A DNA stretch of 64,000 nt from Octopus vulgaris (taxonomy: Eukaryota), in contig OX597821.1 in the NCBI GenBank assembly GCA_951406725.2, forward strand, positions 83,328,001 through 83,392,000, in the 5' to 3' direction. Shown here piece after piece: positions 56,401-64,000 of the stretch. The notes beneath the pieces were generated by a model, which was given only the letters and a program-made list of their open reading frames with translations, searched no databases and had not been told where the DNA came from. The position numbers and the translations under genes were made by a program. How positions within the stretch are numbered: position 1 is the first letter of the stretch; each line of letters starts with the position of its first letter.

Positions 56401-59400
56401 CACGCATTCTTAGTAGCTTAGAGTAGGCTCCAATTAGAGATTATTCTTTGTGGCTAATGGCGTGAGTCCTGACTGGAAGAAGAAGAAGAAGAAGAAGAAG
56501 AAGAAGAAGAAGAAGAAGAAGAAGAAGAAGAAGAAGAAGAAGAAGAAGAAGAAGAAGAAGAAGAAGAAGAAGAAGAAGAAGAAGAAGAAGAAGAAGAAGA
56601 AGAAGAAGAAGAAGAAGAAGAAGACGACAACAACAACAACAACAAAAGTTTACTGTAACTCACTTCTAGTGCTGGCACTTTTGTAGTGTATCATGTTATT
56701 GGATAAAAACTGTAATAAACAGAAATAGAAGATTTACCAAAAAATATTCCAAGTAAATTCTATAGACGTCATAAAACAGTAGAAAATAGTTTGTGCTGAT
56801 ATAAAGAGTGTATATATTGTTGTGAGTGAGGATTAGGGATTAGGGTTATTTAAGATAATGTTCTTTATCAAAGAAATGAAGAGAGACCTGTTGAAGGTTG
56901 TAATAGAATACTGGAAAGAATGTGGAAGACGCTGGTTAGATGACCAGGCAAAAGAGAATAGTAGTGGGGAGTCGATGGTCACAAGATAGATTTAGATAGT
57001 GAAGGAAAGACAAAGGTGGGAAAGTAAAAATAAGGGTATGAGCTGTGTGTGTGTGTGTGTGTATTTGAGGCAGATTTTTTTTTATGGCTTGATACCCTGC
57101 CTGTCGCCAACCCTCACCTGTTTTCAAACAAAGTAATATTCCCCCCATGGGAGACTGGAAAGGAATGACATGGATTGTTTGATGATTGTGTTCATCTACT
57201 ATCATCACATGCTCACACAAACAAAAAAACCACTTACACACACATGCATATATATATATAGGCGCAGGAGTGGCTGTGTGGTAAGTAGCTTGCTTACCAA
57301 CCACATGGCTCCGAGTTCATTCCCACTGCGTGGCACCTTGGGCAAGTGTTTTCTACTATAGCCAAAAACTTGTGAGTGGATTTGGTAGACAGAAACTGAA
57401 AGAAGCACGTCGTATATCTTTATATATAAAAGAGAGGTTGTGTGCTGTCTGTCTCCTACGATTTAGATTCCTAACTACTCCCACATTTTTCGGTGTAGTG
57501 TAACCAAAACCGGGTATCTTATAGTCGTGATTTATATCGAGCCCTTCTGGGTATTAGCACGCGTCTACGATTTTAAAAAGAATTTACCATCAATTTTTCC
57601 CATTTTTAATGCATTTTTGGCATATATAAGGGAAGTAACTCTCTAAAAATTTATTATTAAATCTCAGAACGTAAAAAGCTACAGTAACACCCCCCCCCTT
57701 TGTGGTTAGCCATATTGAGATGGCTGTTATACTTTACATCTCTAAAAATGCTTATATAGTTATTTCCCTTACAAACCCGAGCAACGCTGGGCGATATTGC
57801 TAGTATGTAATATATGTGTGTGTGTGTGTGTGTATGTGTGTGTTTGTCCACCGCAACATCGCTTGACAACCGATGTTGGTGTATTTACATAACTTAGCGG
57901 TTTGGCAAAAGAGGCCAATAGAATAAGTATTAGGCTTACAAAGAATAAGTCCTGGTGTCGATTTGCTCGACTAAAGTCGGTGCTCCAGCATGGCCGCAGT
58001 CAAATGACTGAAACAAGTAAAAGAGAAAAAAATATATATAGGCACATACACACACGCCGCTGCCCACCGTTTCCTGCTGCCACTGTCATTGCCACCACCG
58101 CCACCACCACCAAACCACTACCACCACCATTATCATTGTTATTATTTTTATGATTATTCAAAGTGGTGAGCTGGCAGAATCGTTAGCAAGCTGGACAAGA
58201 TGCTCAGCAGTATTTCCTCTGTCTTCGTGTTCTGAGTTCAAATTCTGCCGAGGTCGACTTTGCTTTTCATCCTTTCGAGGTTGATAAATTGAGTACCAGT
58301 GAAACACTGGGGGTCGATGTAATAAACTAGCCCCCTTCCCTAAAATTTCAGGCCTTGTGCCTATAGTAGAAAAGATTATTATTATTATTAATACTAATAC
58401 GGCGAACCGGCAGAATGGTTAGCACGCCAGGTGAAATGCTTAGTGGTATTTCACCTGTCACTATATTCTGTGTTCAAATTCAGCCAAGGTCGATTTTGCT
58501 TTTGATCCTTTTGGGGTTGATAAATTAAGTACCAGTTGAGTACTGGGGTTGATATAATTAACTTAACCCCAAATTTCAGGCCTGGTGCCCATAATAGAAA
58601 GGTTTATTATTATTAATACTTACAACAAATTCAAGTCCTGGAATATGGAACTGTGCCTCTGATGTCAAATTATCTGAGCAAGGGATTGCTAATAAATAGC
58701 CAAGCTGCACAATAAAATAAAGGTAATTTAAGTAAATCTGGCAATTTTCTTAACTTATTGATAAATAAGAATACATATATGATATTTTGACCACAAAAAA
58801 TCCAAATTATTGGTTGGCATTATTGTTACAGGTCATTTCTCATAATAAAGCCTATTAGAACCTATTGAACCGTCCAACCCATGCTAGCATGGAAAATGGA
58901 CGCTGAACAATGATTATGATGATGATGATGAATGCATGATTTCATACCTTCAAGATTTTATTGCTGTGATTGTTTATTTTCAGACTGACATTGTAGGGTA
59001 GGTGTGTGAGGTTGGATCTGGCCAGTTTGAACATAAAACAGGTTGAATATTGGAGCCAGATAGGTCCAGTTGAAATGCTAAGGGATACAGTCAAGACAGC
59101 TCTCAGGTTTGATGATATGTAAATTAGTGTGTGTGCGTGTGTGTGTGTGGAAAAACTTGTACTTGTGTAGTTAGTGTGCAGGTCACCTTAATACACGTGT
59201 GTGTATGCTTCATTACTGTTTAAGTATGTGCATGAGCATTCCATATGTACATGCAATTGCATGGATGTGTTCAACCCTGGAACGTCAAATGGATAAACCA
59301 TGAAATGTTTTACTAAGTTTCACGATACCACTAATTGACTATATTTGAGGTGCAACGTAGTTCGTATTGTTTTTTTCTTGCAGAATCCCAGCATTTCTGG

Positions 59401-60251
59401 GCTTCTATGTAAATCTGTTGTTACATAGCCCTGTGTTCCTATGATAACCAGCCCAAATGGAAATCTACAGCCTGGATATAAAAGCCGTAATTTTCTCACT
59501 TGTGTGTGTGTGTGTGTGTGTATACATATATGTATGTGTGTGTGTGTTTTGCTGACGAATATATATATGTTTCTTTTTTCACCCTTTTCAAGCCTAGCCA
59601 GGCACGTGGGCCCGGTTTCCCGGTTTCTGTGGCATATATGTTTCCCCCAACTGGACGGGATGCCAGTCCTTCGCAGTGTTCCTCAAGAAACAGGAAGAGA
59701 GAGTGAGAGAAAGTTGTGGTGAAAGAGTACAACACGGGTCGCCACCACCCCCTGCCGGAGCCTCATGGGGCATTAGGTGTTTTCGCTCAATAAACACACA
59801 CAACTGGGAATTGAAACTGCGATCCTCCAACTGCGAGTTCGCTGCCCTAACCACTGGGCCATTGCGCCTCCACATATATATGTTTCAGCAAAAGGAAAAC
59901 ATACACACTAGTAAGAAAACTAATAAACAGGTGCATTTAAACAAAAAGCACCTTGTTATATTTATTTGACCCAACTTCCACAAATGTCATTTGTTGATCT
60001 TGTTATGAGGAATGTAACGAAGCAATAATTGGTTCACTGGGATCTTATAACAAACGATGCTGTCATTCATAAACGGATTTTCATTAATACAAGAAAAGCT
60101 AAAAGTAGCAAGCAAAGTCAGAAGTAAAGAACAGAACCAACCTGTGGTAAATATACAACATTACATTCTGTTATATCTTCACTGAGATGATTCAGTTCCT
60201 CCTTAGCAACTTCTGTCATGAATGATGGTAAACCATTGTAGGTTCTTTTCT
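41408..60251 (-). CDS. MSH5: MutS homolog 5, 3' portion (13 exons, about 432 codons; 5' end outside window)
   Basis: Exons 60251-60142, 58704-58624, 56709-56664, 55554-55513, 54599-54503, 52621-52532, 50777-50651, 48335-48183, 46885-46811, 46136-45996, 45317-45180, 43545-43472 and 41531-41408. All are flanked by AG/GT with matching phases. The joined translation is colinear with human MSH5 as recalled ([10 protein letters not shown]..., GRHPL...[47 protein letters not shown]...[10 protein letters not shown]). Confidence 0.96.
42750..43325 (+). mobile_element. Retroposon family E with (GAT)n tail. Other copies at 44005-44300(+), 44445-44660(-), 44855-44990(+), 48423-48895(-) and 52145-52418(+)
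   Basis: Shared ggcatccagctgtagaaactctgccagatcagattggagcc...ccatgctagcatggaaagcggacgttaaacgatgatgat. Confidence 0.85.
43472..43545 (-). CDS. MSH5: MSH5 exon, 74 nt ([24 protein letters not shown])
   Basis: ctcaag acceptor and gtatgt donor, phase 0-2; similar to human VSDLIRSGKPI. Confidence 0.88.
45180..45317 (-). CDS. MSH5: MSH5 exon, 138 nt, HTH region ([46 protein letters not shown])
   Basis: aacag acceptor and gtaagt donor; FLY...G...S.A...A..AGLP motif. Confidence 0.96.
45996..46136 (-). CDS. MSH5: MSH5 exon, 141 nt ([47 protein letters not shown])
   Basis: aacag acceptor and gtaagg donor, phase 0-0. Confidence 0.96.
46811..46885 (-). CDS. MSH5: MSH5 exon, 75 nt, Walker B ([25 protein letters not shown])
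   Basis: aaag acceptor and gtaagt donor; DEFGKGT is typical of MSH5. Confidence 0.97.
48183..48335 (-). CDS. MSH5: MSH5 exon, 153 nt ([51 protein letters not shown])
   Basis: tatag acceptor and gtgagt donor; GSFVPA, IFTR and STF motifs. Confidence 0.97.
50651..50777 (-). CDS. MSH5: MSH5 exon, 127 nt, Walker A ([42 protein letters not shown])
   Basis: ccag acceptor and gtgaga donor; MutS P-loop TGPNxSGKS. Confidence 0.97.
51708..52120. mobile_element. Penelope-like terminal repeat in inverted arrangement around (AAT)n
   Basis: 51708-51800 is the reverse complement of 51959-52052; each arm carries a hammerhead motif. Confidence 0.7.
52007..52053 (+). ncRNA. Minimal type I hammerhead ribozyme motif (Penelope-type)
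   Basis: GACAC-CUGAUGA-a-GGCUG(loop)CAGCC-GAAA-UGUU-GUGUU: intact core boxes, 5-bp stem II, stem I GACAC/GUGUU. Confidence 0.65.
52532..52621 (-). CDS. MSH5: MSH5 exon, 90 nt ([31 protein letters not shown])
   Basis: aacag acceptor and gtaggt donor, phase 2-2; leads into GRHPL. Confidence 0.93.
52870..53305 (+). mobile_element. CR1/L2-group LINE 3' fragment
   Basis: [43 protein letters not shown]...NTSLLKW fits the G..LFN.LP..IR...LD.FL..IPD.P pattern. Confidence 0.7.
54235..54435. repeat. Diverged minisatellite, ~12-bp unit cttactataaca
   Basis: Repeated ttactat(a/g)ac motif. Confidence 0.7.
54503..54599 (-). CDS. MSH5: MSH5 exon, 97 nt ([32 protein letters not shown])
   Basis: ttacag acceptor and gtgagt donor, phase 1-2; MutS AELD motif. 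Confidence 0.93.
55513..55554 (-). CDS. MSH5: MSH5 exon, 42 nt ([14 protein letters not shown])
   Basis: tttcag acceptor and gtaagg donor, phase 1-1; LD..LGD..CEI motif. Confidence 0.9.
55999..56625 (+). mobile_element. Chimeric SINE (family C head, distinct ~290-bp 3' region, (GAA)n tail), copy 1
   Basis: Colinear with 63239-63770 over about 480 bp. Confidence 0.85.
56476..56622. repeat. Pure (GAA)49 tract
   Basis: 147 bp uninterrupted. Confidence 0.97.
56664..56709 (-). CDS. MSH5: MSH5 exon, 46 nt ([15 protein letters not shown])
   Basis: ttacag acceptor and gtgagt donor, phase 0-1; similar to human FLSEEKLHYRSART. Confidence 0.9.
57417..57803 (+). mobile_element. Complete non-autonomous Helitron (387 bp) inside a SINE
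   Basis: A|TC 5' end, hairpin cccgagcaacgctggg at 57776-57791, CTAG|T 3' end, no TSD. Confidence 0.85.
58624..58704 (-). CDS. MSH5: MSH5 exon, 81 nt ([27 protein letters not shown])
   Basis: tgcag acceptor and gtaagt donor, phase 0-0. Confidence 0.93.
60142..60251 (-). CDS. MSH5: MSH5 exon, 110 nt ([36 protein letters not shown])
   Basis: ttcag acceptor and gttggt donor; matches the MSH5 GLPSFLTEVA...C.V.Y.P segment. Confidence 0.93.
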
Positions 60252-60578
60252 CTGAAGAGTAATCAATAAAGCAATTAATTAATATATTTATCATTATTTT
60301 CAGCTTGACATGTGGCGCAATAATTGCTGATAATCTCCTCTAATATACTTTAAAAGTGGAACATAAAAAACATGTGGTGATGGTGATGATGATGGTGGTA
60401 GTGGGGATAGGGGGGGGTGATGGTGGTGGTGGTGGTGGTGGTGATGATGATGTTGATGATGATGAATGCCACACATTTCCTACAGTCAGGTTGTCATCCA
60501 TGTAACACTGACTCACTACACATATATGTGACAATCCCAAAAATATGTCACTAATGCATCTTACATTTTCTCAGTCAT

Positions 60579-60612
<34 letters not shown>

Positions 60613-61037
60613 GGCAACAATACATGTCAACCATTCTTTTGTTACACACACCTCTTCAATAACCCCAACCACAAAAATAAAGAAAAAAGAAATCATGTAG
60701 CCCAACATGAACGGAGGAATTTAGCATGTAGCCATCAGAAGGAAATCAACTACCAACACTCTATGAATTTTATTTTTTTATTTTTTATTTTATCTAGTTT
60801 CAGCTCACAAGCTGTGGCCATGCTGGGGCACCATTGGTAAGAGAAACATGAGAACTTCCAGGAAAGATTGATTCACTTTAGTTATTTCAATTTATGTTCT
60901 TTTCTCATGACTAAATCATCTTATAAATAATTGAAACTGGTGGCATATTTTGATAAAAATGTAAATATTTTCTTTCTTTTGTCCATGACAAAGTTCTCAA
61001 AGCATTTTCTCTTATTTTTTGTTTTTTTAAATACATA

Positions 61038-61106
<69 letters not shown>

Positions 61107-61736
61107 ATTCACTGCTAAAAACTTTATTGTAAGTTTTATTCATCTCTTACTTGTTCCACATTCTGAAGTAACCTATACTGCACACTCCACAGGGAGAGTG
61201 GGGGTAGGTGACAGGCACCCTAGGCCCCCAGAATTTTATCAAATGAAAGAGTTAGGCATTAGGAAGGGCATCCACAACAGACAATTGGAGTCTGAATAGC
61301 TCCCTGCCAGCCAGCTCCATGTCAAATTGTCCAAACCATGCCAGCTTGGAAAGCAGACATTAAGCGATGATGAAAGAATGTAACAAACTTAATTGCCATA
61401 ATACAGGGAATAGAAATTAAAGTATTGAGGAGATGGCTGGACCCCATCAGTGGGGCAAGTGTAAAGTAAATAAGTCATCGTCATCATCATCATCATCATC
61501 ATCATCGTTTAATGTCTGTTTTCCATGCTAGCATGGGCTGGACGATTTGACTGAGCAAAACATTTCGTTTCACATTGCTCCAGTTCACTCAGCTGGCAAA
61601 AATGAGTAACGCTGCGATGGACTGGCATCCCGTCCAGCTGGGGAGTTTATATGCCATGGAAACCAGCCTTTATGAGTCAGCATGACTTGAGAGGGTAACT
61701 CTCCCTTTATATATTTATATATACACACACAAACAC

Positions 61737-61783
<47 letters not shown>

Positions 61784-63238
61784 GAACTCTCCTGTCATTA
61801 GACAATGTATGAGGGCGCTGCAATTTCTTGCTGAAGAACCACACAGATGATTTGTTTATTAAATGTTTGTGTAGACATTTGCTCACTCCCTCCATCAAAT
61901 TGACATTACCTGTACAGGTGCAATGGGTGCACCATGTGTCAGATGATGAAATGATCACAGAGCAACGTGAAATGAAGTGCTTTGCTCAAGAACACAATGC
62001 AACCCCTTGGTCTAGGAAAACTGACCCCATGATCTTGCAATCATGAGTGAAACAACCTAAGCACCAAGCCATGCAACGGTTTCCCCAGAGTTTCCATCAA
62101 CCAAATTCACTGACAAAGCATTATTTGGCTAGGAGCTATAGTAGAAGACACTTGCCCAAGGTACTGCACAATAGGACTGAACCTGAAACCATGTGGTTGC
62201 AAAGCAAGCTTCTTAACCACACAACTAAACCTTGTTTACTTGGCAGGATAAACAAAAATACAATAAGTTTCTCTTAAATTTGTATAATTTAAGAAGCAGT
62301 AATACAGGTGAGAAGGGAAATTGGAAAGGTGTGCTAAGGTTGAACTAAGAATAAGTGGGCTGGTTTAGCAGAGAAACTGGTAGAGGTCAGGACCAAGTTG
62401 ACAAGGGACAGTAAGTAAACTTGGATGTTTGGTTCAGAAGCTCACTTTGGATGACATCTGTGACATGGCTGGTACGCATGGGCAACTGCTGGTCTTCCGT
62501 AAACAACTTTGCCCAGACTTGTACCTCAGAGGGTAACTTCCTAGGTGCAATGCCATGGCCGAAGGAGGTGTTTACCCTTTTACTATAACCCCAGGCCCCC
62601 AATCTCTGTGAGTGAGTTTGGTAGACAGAAACTGTGCAGAAAGCGGTGAGCTGGCAGAAACGCTAGCACGCCGGGCGAAATGCGTAGCTGTATTTCGTCT
62701 GCCGCTACGTTCTGAGTTCAAATCCCGCCGAGGTCGACTTTGCCTTTCATCCTTTCAGGGTTGATTAAATAAGTACCAGTTACGCACTGGAGTCGATATA
62801 ATCGACTTAATCCTTTTTATCTACCCTTGTTTGTCCCCTGTGTGTAGCCCCTAGTGGGCAGTAAAGAAATAAGAAACTCTGCAGAAACCCACAGTGTGTG
62901 TGTGTATAAGTTTTTGAGTATGTATTTATTCCCCCACCACTTGACGACCAGTGTTGGTTTGTTTACATCTCCATAACTTAGTGGTTTGACTAAAATGACA
63001 AATGGAATAAGAACCAGATTTAAAAAAAAAAAAGGTAATGGGGTCGATTTGTTTGACAAAAATCCTTCAGGCGTTGACTCAGCATAATTGCAGTCCAATT
63101 ATTGAAACAAGCAAAAGATACATGATAACTCATCAAGTTTGCTCTAATGATAAATGTGTCATTATTTGGATAACAAATCTAATTAAAATAATTACACTGA
63201 CAATGGTAGCTGCAAATAGAGAAAACAACAACAACAAC

Positions 63239-63770
63239 AGTGGAGGCGCAATGGCCCAGTGGTTAGGGCAGCAGACTCTCGGTCATAAGAATGTGGTTTC
63301 GATTCCCAGACCTGGTATTGTGAGTGTTTATTGAGCAAAAACACCTAAGTTCCATGAGGCTCCAGCAGTGGAGGGAGGGGGTGAACCCCGCTGTACTCTT
63401 TCACCACAATTTTCTCTCACTCTTTCTTCCTACTTCTGTCACAAAGCAGAAGAACCATGGTGTAAACCCCCCCCCCCTATGGTGTGGTAAACTTTCAGAC
63501 CCTTGTCTAGATTGTGAATCCTCTCTACCTCAGGATGGTTCAGCTCTCCTCCCGGTAAAAGCCACCGTTTACGGAATAAGGATAACAACGTAGCTTTCGT
63601 ACCCGTGCAACCACCAATCTATCGCGTGTGGTGGGTGGATGTTCAAGTTGCCACACGCATTCTTAGTAGCTTAGAGTAGGCTCGAATTGGAGATTATTCT
63701 TTGTGGCAAATGGCATGAGTCCTGATTGGAAGGAGGAGGTGGAGGAAGAAGGAGAAGGAGGAGAAGACGA
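63239..63770 (+). mobile_element. Chimeric SINE, copy 2
   Basis: Same head, body and degenerate GAA/GGA tail. Confidence 0.85.
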
Positions 63771-64000
63771 CGACAACAACAATAATGAGGTTTCAAATTT
63801 AGGCACAAGGCAATCAAGTTCGGGCGAGGGGTTAAGTTCAGTGTTCAACTAGTCCTTTATTTACCGACCCCAATAGGATGAAAGGCAAAGACGACCTCGG
63901 TGGAATTTGAACTCAGAATGCAAGGATGGATAAAATGTGGCTACATTCTGCCTCAAATGCTAACCATTCTGCAAGCCCGCTGCCTTAATGATAATCATTT

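Noticed and set aside
56450-56686. Poly-Lys and poly-Ser ORFs
   Set aside because: (GAA)n tail of a retroposon within an intron
63120-63215. Possible next upstream MSH5 exon (…KLDE…)
   Set aside because: No donor in the required phase 1 and no match to the expected DF.....RF.V motif

Overview
Eukaryotic, AT-rich DNA dense in microsatellites and SINEs. The repeat families suggest an octopod cephalopod, which is an inference. The only supportable protein-coding gene is the 3' part of MSH5 (meiotic MutS homolog 5) on the minus strand. I traced 13 GT-AG exons by hand from 60251 down to the stop at 41408; they are phase-consistent, total 1298 nt, and carry Walker A GPNASGKS and Walker B DEFGKGT. 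The 5' exons lie beyond the window. Positions 1-37 kb are transposon debris: CR1, CRE-like, R4-like, Tx1/L1-like, RTE and mariner fragments, hAT MITEs, nested Helitrons, a solo LTR, a foldback palindrome and a locally amplified unit. The most unusual signals are several Penelope-type minimal hammerhead-ribozyme relics (two inside inverted repeats at (AAT)n tracts), a chimeric SINE found twice at (AAC)n sites, inverted SINE pairs around MSH5 exons, and a CpG-decay boundary near 37 kb. Nearly all ORFs in the supplied track are microsatellite or repeat artefacts. I found no convincing new multi-gene system.
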